Shown one piece after another: positions 1 to 9,562 of a stretch of DNA of 64,000 nt. Origin of the DNA: a bacterium (GTDB lineage: Bacteria > Patescibacteriota > Microgenomatia > Curtissbacterales > GWA2-41-24); contig JAKAJD010000001.1 of NCBI GenBank assembly GCA_021813945.1, forward strand, positions 206,115-270,114, written 5' to 3'. Each line of letters starts with the position of its first letter. The stretch's first letter is position 1. Under the pieces are notes generated by a model. That model saw only the letters and a list, made by a program, of their open reading frames with translations, made no database searches and was not told the origin of the DNA. The translations under genes and the position numbers were made by a program.

Positions 1-1724
1 ATCGGGAAATCGCCAAGCTTTTCCATTCAGTAGCAGCAGCCTACACGGTTAAAAATGGAGATAGATTCAAAATTTTAGCATACGAAAGGGCAGCAGACAG
101 CATTGATAAGGCCACCAGCGAATTTAAAGATTTATGGGAAGAAGGCAATCTGGATTCTGTGCCCGGAATTGGAAAGGGCATTCAAGCACATTTAGATGAG
201 CTTTTCACGAGGGGCAAAGTAGCCCATTTTGAAACTGTTAAAAAAGATCTTCCCCAGTCGATGTTTGAATTTTTAGATATACCAGGCATGGGCCCGAAAA
301 CCGCTTATATTTTGGCATCAAAGCTCAAACTTAAAGACATTTCCGATCTTGAAAAAGCTGCCAAAACCGGCAAAATTCGAAAATTACCGGGCTTTGGCCT
401 AAAGAGTGAATCTGAAATTTTAGCTTCAATTGCGCAATTTAAACAAAAAACAAATCGATATTTATTGACGTTTGCCTTTCCAATCTCGCAGCGGATTGTA
501 AATTACTTAAAGCAGGAAAAAGAATGCCATGAAGCCTTACCGCTTGGTTCACTTCGCAGAATGGTATCAACGGTTGGTGATATAGATATTGCTGCTTCAT
601 CCAATAACCCCAAAAAAGTAATCGAGCATTTCAAAAAATTCAAAGAGGTAGATCGAATACTCGGCGCAGGACCAATGGCTTCCTCAGTGATTCTTAAAAA
701 TGGCCTCCAGATAGATCTTAAAGTTCTTCCTGAAGATTCATTTGGGGCGCTTCTACAGCATTTTACAGGCTCGAAAAACCACAATATTGCCCTTCGGGAA
801 TATTCCTTAAAAAAGGGCATGTCGCTTTCGGAACATGGCATTAAATTTAAAGGCCAAACGCAAAAATTTAAAGACGAAGAATCTTTTTACAAATTTTTAG
901 GAATGGAATATATTGAACCGGAATTAAGAGAAGACACAGGGGAAATTGAAGCAAGTTTAAAAAATGATTTGCCGCATCTAATCACCACCCAGGACATAAA
1001 AGGGGATATCCATCTTCATTCAAATTATCCCATTGAACCCAGTCACGATTTAGGAACTGGATCCATGGAACAAATAGTTAAAAAGGCAAAAGAGCTCGGA
1101 TATGATTATGTGGGTTTATCAGATCACTCCCCAAGCGTTAGCACACATTCGAAACAACAAATAATTGATTTAATTAAGCGCAGAACGGAAAAGATTGAAC
1201 AAATAAATGACTCGGAAAAGGGAATAAGAATACTAAATTTACTCGAAATAGATATTTTGGCAAATGGAGAACTCTCTGTACCCGATGAAGGACTAAAGCT
1301 ACTTGATGGATGCCTAGCAGGTATTCATTCCAGCCATAATCAGGCCAGAGATCTTATCACAAAGAGAATTCTAAAAGCTTGCGAGTCACCATATGTCAAA
1401 GTAATCTCGCACCCGACAAATAGGCTTCTTTTACAGAGGGAATCTTCAGATGCAAACTGGCCCGAAGTGTTTGAGTCTTGCGTGAAAACGAAAACACTAC
1501 TCGAAATCAACGCTTGGCCAAACCGACTTGACCTTCCAGACGTATTAGTTAAAGATGCTATTTCGACCGGAGTTAAGCTAATCATAAACACAGATTCGCA
1601 TGCCATCGACCAAATGGATAACATGAAATACGGCGTTTCTGTTGCCAGACGCGGCTGGGCCGAGCCTAAAAATATTGCCAACACCCTGCCTTGGCTTGAA
1701 TTCAGCAAAATATTTGGAGTATGA
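1..1724 (+). CDS. polX: DNA polymerase X family (Pol beta-like HhH/nucleotidyltransferase plus C-terminal PHP phosphoesterase domain). 5' end lies upstream of the window.
   Basis: The frame is open from position 3 ([34 protein letters not shown]..., an N-terminal 8-kDa-like domain). It contains HhH motifs (GIGKG..., LPGFGLKS) and a C-terminal PHP domain (HLHSNYP..., SDHSPS, HPTNR, NTDSHA). Stop TGA at 1722-1724. Confidence 0.85.
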   Translation, partial: REIAKLFHSVAAAYTVKNGDRFKILAYERAADSIDKATSEFKDLWEEGNLDSVPGIGKGIQAHLDELFTRGKVAHFETVKKDLPQSMFEFLDIPGMGPKTAYILASKLKLKDISDLEKAAKTGKIRKLPGFGLKSESEILASIAQFKQKTNRYLLTFAFPISQRIVNYLKQEKECHEALPLGSLRRMVSTVGDIDIAASSNNPKKVIEHFKKFKEVDRILGAGPMASSVILKNGLQIDLKVLPEDSFGALLQHFTGSKNHNIALREYSLKKGMSLSEHGIKFKGQTQKFKDEESFYKFLGMEYIEPELREDTGEIEASLKNDLPHLITTQDIKGDIHLHSNYPIEPSHDLGTGSMEQIVKKAKELGYDYVGLSDHSPSVSTHSKQQIIDLIKRRTEKIEQINDSEKGIRILNLLEIDILANGELSVPDEGLKLLDGCLAGIHSSHNQARDLITKRILKACESPYVKVISHPTNRLLLQRESSDANWPEVFESCVKTKTLLEINAWPNRLDLPDVLVKDAISTGVKLIINTDSHAIDQMDNMKYGVSVARRGWAEPKNIANTLPWLEFSKIFGV

Positions 1725-1731
1725 TACAACC

Positions 1732-2283
1732 ATGTCGACAAACATAATCACTCTTGCTGTTGTTGCAATCATATTAATTTACATTTGGTTTCTCTATAAC
1801 GGTTTGGTTACCGCAAGAATCCGCGTCAAAGAGGCGTGGTCGCAGATAGACGTTCAACTTAAGCGCAGATCTTCTTTAATACCAAACTTGATGGAGACCG
1901 TAAAAGGTTATGCCAAGCACGAAAAAGAAGTCTTTGAAAATGTAACCAAGGCAAGGTCGGCACTTGTCGGAGCCAAAACTCCCAAAGAAGCGGCATCCGC
2001 CAACAATATGCTTTCGGGAGCCTTAAAAAGCCTCTTTGCTGTGGCGGAAGCGTATCCTAACTTAAGAGCTTCAGAAAATTTTAAAGAGCTTCAAGAAGAA
2101 CTTTCCGACACCGAAACAAAAGTCGCAGCGGCACGCCAGTTTTATAACTCGGTAGTAATGGACTACAACACAAAAATAAAAGTATTTCCTAACGTTTTAA
2201 TAGCAAATATGCTGGGGTTTAAAGATGAAGTATTTTTCGAGGCGGAAGAGGCAGAAAAAGCGGATGTTAAAGTAAAATTCTAA
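1732..2283 (+). CDS. lemA: LemA family membrane protein
   Basis: ATG at 1732 is followed by an N-terminal TM helix. LemA-like core [23 protein letters not shown]...[21 protein letters not shown]...QFYN. The ORF track's upstream extension overlaps polX and is unlikely to be translated. Confidence 0.85.
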   Translation: MSTNIITLAVVAIILIYIWFLYNGLVTARIRVKEAWSQIDVQLKRRSSLIPNLMETVKGYAKHEKEVFENVTKARSALVGAKTPKEAASANNMLSGALKSLFAVAEAYPNLRASENFKELQEELSDTETKVAAARQFYNSVVMDYNTKIKVFPNVLIANMLGFKDEVFFEAEEAEKADVKVKF

Positions 2284-2287
2284 ATCG

Positions 2288-3193
2288 ATGAATTCTCCCA
2301 AAATATTTGCAGGGTCTTCGAACTTACCTCTTACAAAACTTGTTTCAGAAAAATCTAAAATTCCACTAGGCAAAATTGAGCTTGGGGTATTTAAGGATAC
2401 CGAAATTGACGTTTGGGTAGAGGATGACGTTAACAACTCAAGTGTTTTTGTCCTACAGTCTAATTCTGTTCCCGTAAACGACAACATTATCGAGCTTGCC
2501 CTTATTGCGGATGCCCTAAAAAGATCCGGATCGCACAAAATTACGGCGGTTATTCCGTACTTGGGTTATTCCAGAAAAGAAAAACAAACAAGACGCGGTG
2601 AGCCGATTTCTGCAAAAGTCATAGCAGACCTTATCATTGCAAGCGGAATCAACAAGGTCGTTTGTTTAGATCTCCACGCCGACGCCATAGTCGGCTTTTT
2701 TAATGTGCCGGTAATATATCTTTCGGCTCTAGAGATTTTGGCAGACGCCTTAAAGCATGAAAACTTTAAAAAACCGTTAGTTGTTGCACCGGATGTTGGT
2801 GGAGTGAAGCGCGCCAGAAACTTTGCAGCTATTTTGAACGCCCCATTGGCTGTTATTGAAAAACACAGGCAAGTAGATGTTAGAGACCGTATGGAAGTTC
2901 TTTCTATAACAGGTGAAGTATCTGGTGACACGGCAATCATAATCGACGACGTAATATCCACAGGTGGCACAATTGTTGAGAGTGCCAACGCCCTTGCCAA
3001 AAAAGGTGCTAAAAAAATAATTGTTTGCGCAACTCATGGAGTGTTTGCGGGGGATGCAATTAAAAACCTTGAAGCAAGTCCTGTTGATAAAATTTTTGTG
3101 ACAGACAGCATAAAAAACGATGCAAAAAGTAAAAAAATCGAAACAGTTTCTGTATCCGGCCTTATAGCAGATTGCCTCAAGGACGAGCTCTAG
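2288..3193 (+). CDS. prs: ribose-phosphate pyrophosphokinase (PRPP synthetase)
   Basis: Prs architecture: N-terminal KIFAGSSN..., PRPP-binding loop DDVISTGGT, end ...VTDSI. Confidence 0.9.
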   Translation: MNSPKIFAGSSNLPLTKLVSEKSKIPLGKIELGVFKDTEIDVWVEDDVNNSSVFVLQSNSVPVNDNIIELALIADALKRSGSHKITAVIPYLGYSRKEKQTRRGEPISAKVIADLIIASGINKVVCLDLHADAIVGFFNVPVIYLSALEILADALKHENFKKPLVVAPDVGGVKRARNFAAILNAPLAVIEKHRQVDVRDRMEVLSITGEVSGDTAIIIDDVISTGGTIVESANALAKKGAKKIIVCATHGVFAGDAIKNLEASPVDKIFVTDSIKNDAKSKKIETVSVSGLIADCLKDEL

Positions 3194-3975
3194 TGAACTT
3201 TCAAGATAAACTTATATCAGCCCAAAGACAAAACAACAGCCTTCTTTGTGTCGGCCTGGATCCGGACCCTCAAAAACTTCAAAAAGCCGAAACTCAGTTT
3301 GACTTCAACAAAAAAATAATTGATGCAACATCGCAATCTGTCTGCTGCTATAAACCGCAAATCGCTTTTTACGCAGCCGCAGGTGAAAATGGCCTACAGA
3401 GTCTTAAAAAGACGGTCGATTACATTCATCAAGCTTACCCAAATGTCCCCGTCCTTCTGGATGCCAAAAGAAACGACGTTGGCCACACTTCTGAAATGTA
3501 CGCACAAGAGGTTTTCGATATCATAGCCGCAGACGGAGTGACGGTCACACCATATTGTGGGTTTGACTCTCTAGAACCGTTTTTCAAAAGGGGCGACAAG
3601 GGAATCTTTGTGATTTGCCGGACATCCAACCCCGGCGCGGCCGATTTTCAAGATCTCAAAGTAGGGGAAAGCCCGCTCTACGTCGAAGTTGCCAAGAAAA
3701 TCGTTGAATGGAGCAAAACGTATTCCAATGTTTATTTGGAAATTGGTGCAACATGGCCCGAAGAGATAGGAGTCCTCAGAAAACTTGCACCCGACATGCC
3801 GTTTTTGATTGCAGGAATTGGCGCTCAAGGTGGCGACCTTGAAGCAACTCTCAAAAATGGTCTGACAAAAGGTAAAGACGGCTTGATAATCTCAAGCTCC
3901 AGGGGCATAATTTACGCCGATAATCCCAAAAAAGCTGCCCAGGATTTGAAAGAAGAAATCAACAAGTACAGATGA
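3172..3975 (+). CDS. pyrF: orotidine-5'-phosphate decarboxylase (type 2, long form)
   Basis: LCVGLDPDP...CYKPQIAFY...LLDAKRNDVGHTS...ICRTSNPG motifs. The start is either ATG 3172 (22-nt overlap with prs) or the in-frame GTG at 3193. Confidence 0.85.
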   Translation: MPQGRALVNFQDKLISAQRQNNSLLCVGLDPDPQKLQKAETQFDFNKKIIDATSQSVCCYKPQIAFYAAAGENGLQSLKKTVDYIHQAYPNVPVLLDAKRNDVGHTSEMYAQEVFDIIAADGVTVTPYCGFDSLEPFFKRGDKGIFVICRTSNPGAADFQDLKVGESPLYVEVAKKIVEWSKTYSNVYLEIGATWPEEIGVLRKLAPDMPFLIAGIGAQGGDLEATLKNGLTKGKDGLIISSSRGIIYADNPKKAAQDLKEEINKYR

Positions 3976-4577
3976 TTAAAAATAGTCAAAAAGAAAAATT
4001 AGTTCTTGCTCTTTATGAAATTGGAGCAATCAAATTCGGAAAGTTTAAGCTGAAATCCGGGAAAATCTCGCCTTTTTATCTGGACCTTCGTTTCTTGTGC
4101 TCATACCCTGAAGTATTAAAGCTTGTGGCCAGCTCAATCAACGAGATACTCAATGATCTGAAATACGACTTAATTGTCGGAATCCCTTACACCGGAATCC
4201 CTATCGCTACAGCTGTCGCTCTCCAGTATGACAAAAAAATGATTTTTACCCGAAAAGAAGCAAAAGATCACGGGATCCAAAGAATGATCGAAGGCATTTA
4301 TAAAAAGGGCCAGCGTTCAGTTTTAATCGACGATGTAATAGCCGACGGAGCCAGCAAGTTTGAAGTTATTGAACCACTAGAAAAAGAAGGTCTAGTTGTC
4401 AAAGACGTCATTGTGATTTTAGATAGAGGACAGGGTGGCGCAGACATTATGAAAAAAAGAGGTTACAATTTGCATTCTGCCCTCAACATTGAAGAAGTCA
4501 TATCAATCTTAAGGTCTAAAGGTAAAATCAGCACCAAACAGGTAGCCGAAATCCGCGCTTTCTTATCAAGTCTTTGA
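3972..4577 (+). CDS. pyrE: orotate phosphoribosyltransferase
   Basis: ALYEIGAIKFGKFKLKSGKISPFYLDLR... and the PRTase motif VLIDDVIADGAS. ATGA overlap with pyrF. Confidence 0.9.
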   Translation: MIKNSQKEKLVLALYEIGAIKFGKFKLKSGKISPFYLDLRFLCSYPEVLKLVASSINEILNDLKYDLIVGIPYTGIPIATAVALQYDKKMIFTRKEAKDHGIQRMIEGIYKKGQRSVLIDDVIADGASKFEVIEPLEKEGLVVKDVIVILDRGQGGADIMKKRGYNLHSALNIEEVISILRSKGKISTKQVAEIRAFLSSL

Positions 4578-4608
4578 ATAAAACCGGCCCTCAAGCTAAA
4601 ATAAGCTA

Positions 4609-5679
4609 ATGCTTCAAGACCCGTTTTACGACCCAACGATATCCTACGAAGAAAATTACGAAGAAGGCCCGTTCAATGCGTTTGCAGACGGCAAAATTTA
4701 TCAGCAAAAAGGTGAACCAAAACATGGTTTTCTCGGTCAAAAAGTCTATCTTCCATTTGGAATTCCCGCAGGGCCACTCTTAAATAGTAAATTTGTAAAA
4801 AGCGCTTTTGAAAAAGGCTTTGATGTCTGCGTCTACAAAACCGTCCGCGCAAATGTCTTCCCGTGCCACGCTTTTCCAAACGTCCTCTCAATTCATTTTC
4901 AAGGCAAAGACTTATCAATGGAAAGGTTGAAAAAAGAAGTAGTTGCCGACGAAAATTTCCAGGATCCAATATCAATCACCAATTCTTTCGGAGTGCCGTC
5001 AAAAAACCCTGAAATATGGCAAGAAGACGCAAAAAGGGGCATCTCCTTTGCCGGCAAAGGCCAAGTTATGATTTTAAGTTTCATGGGAACAGTAAAAAAA
5101 GATCAAACACAAAAGGAATTTATAGATGATTTCATTCTTGCAGCAAAACTGGCTAATGAAACCGGAGCAAAAATTCTGGAAGCAAATCTTTCTTGTCCAA
5201 ATATCGGAAACGAAGGTCTTGTCTGCTATAACCTTCCGGTCACAGAGAAAGTAGTCAATGGAATAAGAAAAGCAATTGGCAACAAACCCCTAATTCTTAA
5301 AATCGGCTATTATCAAAACCAAAAGGATCTGGAAAAACTTGCAGAAATTACCAACGAGTATGCAGACGATGTAGCAGGTATAAATACTCTCCAGGCAACA
5401 ATAGTTGATCACGAAGGGCAGCAAGCTCTTCCAGGTCCAAACCGCCTAAGAAGCGGTGTCTGTGGATATGGTATTAAATGGGCCGGTCTTGAAACGGTTA
5501 GACAGCTGAAAAATATCAAAGAGAAAAGAAACTACAAATTCTCAATCACAGGTGTTGGCGGGGTTTTGTCAGTCAAAGACTATCAAGAGTACAAGACTGC
5601 CGGAGCCGATTGTGTTATGAGCGCAACCGGTGCAATGTGGAATCCATATTTAGCTCAGGAAATAAAAAAAGCGATTTAA
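4609..5679 (+). CDS. pyrD: dihydroorotate dehydrogenase-like (class 1 DHOD/DHPD family TIM barrel)
   Basis: ANLSCPN...KPLILKIG...ITGVGGV...GADCVMSATGAM are hallmarks of DHOD-family flavoenzymes. It completes a prs-pyrF-pyrE-pyrD block. Confidence 0.75.
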   Translation: MLQDPFYDPTISYEENYEEGPFNAFADGKIYQQKGEPKHGFLGQKVYLPFGIPAGPLLNSKFVKSAFEKGFDVCVYKTVRANVFPCHAFPNVLSIHFQGKDLSMERLKKEVVADENFQDPISITNSFGVPSKNPEIWQEDAKRGISFAGKGQVMILSFMGTVKKDQTQKEFIDDFILAAKLANETGAKILEANLSCPNIGNEGLVCYNLPVTEKVVNGIRKAIGNKPLILKIGYYQNQKDLEKLAEITNEYADDVAGINTLQATIVDHEGQQALPGPNRLRSGVCGYGIKWAGLETVRQLKNIKEKRNYKFSITGVGGVLSVKDYQEYKTAGADCVMSATGAMWNPYLAQEIKKAI

Positions 5680-5685
5680 TTAATT

Positions 5686-7176
5686 TTATCCTTTTCTGGC
5701 TAAAAGTTGAGAAAGCTGCTCGTAAAAAACCTTCGGATTATCGGTCATAGAAAAATGTTCACTATCGGGAATAACGATTTTTTGAACGTCCGGAATAGTT
5801 AGTAAAACCGGGACTAATCTTTGAGCGCTTCTTTCCCCGTAAACATAAGCTTTTCTTGCTTTAAGATCCCTGAATCTTTGAACTAATTCGCCATTTTTTA
5901 CTAAACGGGCTAAATCTTTCGAACTTCGATAAAAACCCAAAGAATCCGCCTTTTGCATCCACTCTGCCCATAATCTCCAACCAGGATCGGAAGATTGCGC
6001 AAATTCGTCTTTCATTCTACTAAAAACGCTTTCTTTAAATTCATCGTACGAGGCATCAACAGCTCTTGCACTAGAAGGACCTAAGATATTTAAAGTGCCC
6101 TCCACGTTTATAAATGACCCTAATCTATCACCTAGCCTTTCGGCCAGAAAAAGTCCTGGAGCATCACCGACACTATGAGCGACAGTATGAATTTTTTTAT
6201 GAGGGTATTTATCGAGCTCTAGCATTATTCTATCTGCCTGCTCTTTCATACGATAAGAAAAATATTCAGGTCTCGAAGAATCACCGTAACCTACAAAATC
6301 AGTCGCAAGCAATGAATATCCCTCCAAAGGTTTGGCTTCCCAAGCTCCTGCAAATGAATCTTTTGTGCATCCCAACCCATGAAGAAAAATAATAAGTTCG
6401 TCTCCACTTTCTCTATATTTGGACGAAATATGGATATCTTTTAATTCCGGTTTTTCAAGTTTATAAACTTCGACCTCATTATCAGGGTTGTCAACTGAGG
6501 CATAATGAAACTTGTCGTGTTTTGCTATTGCAAATCCTTTTGCTGCAACAAACCGTTCTATATCTGACTCAGAGGTAAAGTATACCTGCTCCCCTAATTG
6601 CGGTAACGATTCATGCGTAGCATAATTTACTACTTTCAATTCAAATTTCTCGCCATCTACCTCTATTTCTTTATCTTCTATTATTGCGCCCTTTTCTATT
6701 TGGGCTTGATAAAATGGTTCGTTGAATTTGTTGCCGAAAACCCTAAAATTAACTGCAGAATTTCCACCAGGTCTTAAAGCATAATGAAGAGTATCTAAAA
6801 CTGCGTTGGGGTTGTAAATCACAGCATTCACTGCTATTCCCACGTCTATCGAATTTTCAGCAACTGGTGGACGTTTCGTTGTGCCAAGAACAACATCAGC
6901 TCTCGCCGCAGAATCTTTAAATCTTTCTTGCGCTTGTTTGACAAGTTCAGGTGATATATCAAACCCTACTAAACGAAGTCCAGGGTCGTCTTCCATAAAT
7001 TCAAATTCATGCCCTGGACCGCATGCGACATTCAAGACAGTTATCTGGTGATTAAAAGATCTTTGCCTTGCTTCGGATATTAAAGGGGCGTGAAATTTCT
7101 CATAATAGGCTCTGCTTTTGGAAGGAGTATTAATACTTTGATCGTATTCTATTTCCCCAAAACCAGGTTCTGACAT
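5686..7176 (-). CDS. fusion protein: N-terminal class I SAM-dependent methyltransferase plus C-terminal alpha/beta-hydrolase (esterase/lipase fold)
   Basis: N-terminal motif I VLNVACGPGHEF and LVGFDISPEL. The C-terminal half has LIIFLHGLGCT and a nucleophile-elbow VAHSVGD (GxSxG-like). Confidence 0.7.
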   Translation of the reverse strand: MSEPGFGEIEYDQSINTPSKSRAYYEKFHAPLISEARQRSFNHQITVLNVACGPGHEFEFMEDDPGLRLVGFDISPELVKQAQERFKDSAARADVVLGTTKRPPVAENSIDVGIAVNAVIYNPNAVLDTLHYALRPGGNSAVNFRVFGNKFNEPFYQAQIEKGAIIEDKEIEVDGEKFELKVVNYATHESLPQLGEQVYFTSESDIERFVAAKGFAIAKHDKFHYASVDNPDNEVEVYKLEKPELKDIHISSKYRESGDELIIFLHGLGCTKDSFAGAWEAKPLEGYSLLATDFVGYGDSSRPEYFSYRMKEQADRIMLELDKYPHKKIHTVAHSVGDAPGLFLAERLGDRLGSFINVEGTLNILGPSSARAVDASYDEFKESVFSRMKDEFAQSSDPGWRLWAEWMQKADSLGFYRSSKDLARLVKNGELVQRFRDLKARKAYVYGERSAQRLVPVLLTIPDVQKIVIPDSEHFSMTDNPKVFYEQLSQLLARKG

Positions 7177-7190
7177 ATAATAATACTAGC

Positions 7191-8885
7191 ATGGCTGAAG
7201 CTGACTCTCAAAGCGAATCCCCAAAAACTGCTGAAACACCAATTATTGAAAGAATAAATGGTGCAAGCATTGAAGGAAAACTAATGGAGCTTGCACAAAT
7301 TGGAGGGTCTATAGAAGAAATTGGCAAAAGGGTTGCTGTAACTAGATTAGCATTTTCGGAAGAAGATAAAAGAGCGCGGGAGCTACTCAAACGTTCTATG
7401 TCAGAAGCCGGGATGTCCGTTGAAGAATTCCCCTTCGGTTTGGTTGGAACATATGGCGCGTCGGAAGACAGTTCACCTCAACCAGCGATCATGATGATGT
7501 CCCATTTTGACTCGGTTCCAAACGGTGGGGCATACGACGGAGATGTAGGCGTCATTTCGGCAATAGAAGTTGTAGATGCAATCAACAAACAAGGGATTAG
7601 ATTCCCTAGACCAATCAAGGTTCTTGCATTGACAGCCGAAGAATCTTCACGTTTCCAAATAGCTCTTCTTGGAAGCAAAATGGCCTTTAATGGATTAAGC
7701 CAAGATGAGCTGCAATCGGCTCGTCCTGGTGACGCAACTTTAGAAAAAGCTCTTGAAAACTGGGGGATAGATCCCCAAAGCGTCACAAAACCAACATTTC
7801 ATTCGCAGGATATCGCATCAGTCATTGAATTACATGTTGAACAAAACGACCGGCTTGCCGAAAAAAGTGTAGACCTCGGCGTAGTCGAAGCAATTGCCGC
7901 ACCAGTTAGGAAAGAATTTGTCATCGGCCAACCTATAACACAAGACACAACCGAATACCAAAATGCAAAATACCTTGAAATTACGGTTGCAGGACAAGCA
8001 GACCATTCCGGAGCGACCCCAATGGGAAAAGAAGATAGGGCGGACGGCCTGGTGCCGCTTGCCGATATTTTAATAACGGCAGGGGTATTACAAGATCAGG
8101 ATCCTAACGTAAAAATTTCAATAGGTAATGTCAAGGTTGAAGGCCAAGCCCTCAATAAGATTCCCGGCAACACTTCTTGCACAATAAAAATCGGTGGAAG
8201 CGATGAGCAAATCCAGGCAACAATAGCAACCCTTAAAGATAAAATTGAAAAAAGAAACGATTATTACGAACAGGAATATAAGGAATTCGGCAACGATCCG
8301 ATTAGCGTAAATATTTCGGATACTGCACCGCAGGACACAATCTTTTACAGGCCCAGCGATGTCCATGCATCCAACGAGCTTGCCGGACAGGTAATAAAAG
8401 CGGTAAATTCCGTAGCGCAAAATGTTGGTGAAGAAAATATTGTGGGCACTGTCGGAACTTACAATGTTAAAGACGGGCAAATCGTTTTAGGGGTCGATAT
8501 TAGAGGTATAGATAAAGCGCGGCTCGACGAAGTCTGGGACGAAATCCTTGAAAAACTGGACAGGATGAATAAACACAGAACTCCCTATGTACTCAAAGCG
8601 TTACCTGCAAGCGCCCCTCCAGCTAAAACTGATCAAAGACTTGTAGATTTAACAGAATCAGCAATCAAAGACAATAGCATAGGTTCATACGTTAAAACTT
8701 TTAGTCCTGCAGGTCATGATTCTCAAGTTACAGCAGAAGTTGGGATTCCAACAGGCATGATATTTATTCCAAGTAGAAATGGTGGTGCAAGCCACGTGCC
8801 CGAAGAATATTCTACTCAAGAAGATTTGGAAAAAGGTGCAAGAACTTTGGCTGCTTTGGTGATGAGATTGGCTAAATCCTCGTGA
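7191..8885 (+). CDS. M20 family Zn-dependent amidohydrolase (N-carbamoyl-L-amino-acid hydrolase / allantoate amidohydrolase-like), unusually long
   Basis: MMMSHFDSVPNGGAYDGDVGVISAIEV...LTAEES motifs typical of the AmaB/AllC M20 subfamily. It carries N-terminal and internal extensions (564 aa). Confidence 0.7.
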   Translation: MAEADSQSESPKTAETPIIERINGASIEGKLMELAQIGGSIEEIGKRVAVTRLAFSEEDKRARELLKRSMSEAGMSVEEFPFGLVGTYGASEDSSPQPAIMMMSHFDSVPNGGAYDGDVGVISAIEVVDAINKQGIRFPRPIKVLALTAEESSRFQIALLGSKMAFNGLSQDELQSARPGDATLEKALENWGIDPQSVTKPTFHSQDIASVIELHVEQNDRLAEKSVDLGVVEAIAAPVRKEFVIGQPITQDTTEYQNAKYLEITVAGQADHSGATPMGKEDRADGLVPLADILITAGVLQDQDPNVKISIGNVKVEGQALNKIPGNTSCTIKIGGSDEQIQATIATLKDKIEKRNDYYEQEYKEFGNDPISVNISDTAPQDTIFYRPSDVHASNELAGQVIKAVNSVAQNVGEENIVGTVGTYNVKDGQIVLGVDIRGIDKARLDEVWDEILEKLDRMNKHRTPYVLKALPASAPPAKTDQRLVDLTESAIKDNSIGSYVKTFSPAGHDSQVTAEVGIPTGMIFIPSRNGGASHVPEEYSTQEDLEKGARTLAALVMRLAKSS

Positions 8886-9402
8886 TTTTTTCCGCGGGGC
8901 AAATCCAAACTTGAATTGTCCTATCTCTTATCGGGTTTTTACCTTTTCCGTCTCTTCCGTCAAATTCAAAAGCCGCAACTTGCTGGTATTTCCCAAGCTC
9001 AAGCTTCCCGTTTAAAATCGGCACGACTACGCTCGGGTGGGAAAACTCAAGTGCTCTAATATGAGCAGCCGCATTGTAATCTTCATCTATCTCGTTGCAA
9101 TAGGGGTTATCCTGGCACCTGTGCCTATAATCTGTTGTCGGATGGTTGTAATCTTTTGAAACCCGGGTCGAACGTTTATCTTCCGGAATTGAATGAAGAG
9201 TGTGGTGCAAAATATCCTCAAGAAGGTTTGGCTCGGCAATTTCATTAACAACAATACCAAGCGTCGTATGCTTTGTATTTACAAAAACAAAGCCCTGTTT
9301 AACTTTAGATTTTTTTATCGCCGAGTTGATGTCGTCCGTGATGTCCAAAAAGTAAGTAGGCTTTGTTGACTTGAACTTGAGCTCTTTTAAAAAGGCTTTC
9401 AT
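8872..9402 (-). CDS. YjbQ/UPF0047 family protein (secondary thiamine-phosphate synthase-like)
   Basis: GFVFVNTKHTTLGIVVNEIAEP and HIRALEFSHPSVVVPILNGKLELGKYQQVAAFE match the YjbQ core, with an inserted Cys/His-rich segment. The 3' ends overlap convergently by 14 nt with the amidase. Confidence 0.7.
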   Translation of the reverse strand: MKAFLKELKFKSTKPTYFLDITDDINSAIKKSKVKQGFVFVNTKHTTLGIVVNEIAEPNLLEDILHHTLHSIPEDKRSTRVSKDYNHPTTDYRHRCQDNPYCNEIDEDYNAAAHIRALEFSHPSVVVPILNGKLELGKYQQVAAFEFDGRDGKGKNPIRDRTIQVWICPAEKITRI

Positions 9403-9456
9403 CGCTCAACTTTTAGATTTTACCAGAAAGCAGCCCAAAAGCAAAAAAGCCTAAGA

Positions 9457-9475
9457 AAAAGGTCAGCCCTTAACC
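9457..9475. repeat. intergenic motif AAAAGGTCAGCCCTTAACC, with two degenerate CTGACC/CCTTAAC copies at 9493-9510 and 9514-9529
   Basis: It matches 17 of 19 positions with 17982-18000. Confidence 0.5.
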
Positions 9476-9544
9476 AATGTATTTTCTCAAGCAAAGGCCT
9501 GACCTTAACTCAAGACCTCATCCTTAACTTTGCACATCAATTTC

Positions 9545-9550
9545 AGTTAT
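9545..9550 (+). promoter_or_regulatory. candidate -10 box (TATAAT) for htpX
   Basis: A consensus TATAAT lies 13 nt upstream of ATG 9563. This argues the ORF-track TTG start at 9530 is untranslated leader. Confidence 0.4.
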
Positions 9551-9562
9551 AATCCAAGCATA

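Noticed and set aside
503-1772. Antisense and alternative-frame ORFs inside polX (503-841, 1340-1741, 1578-1772 minus strand), and likewise inside most other genes in the track.
   Set aside because: They are fully contained in strongly supported genes on the opposite strand. They have atypical composition and no motifs, as expected for random frames in AT-rich DNA.
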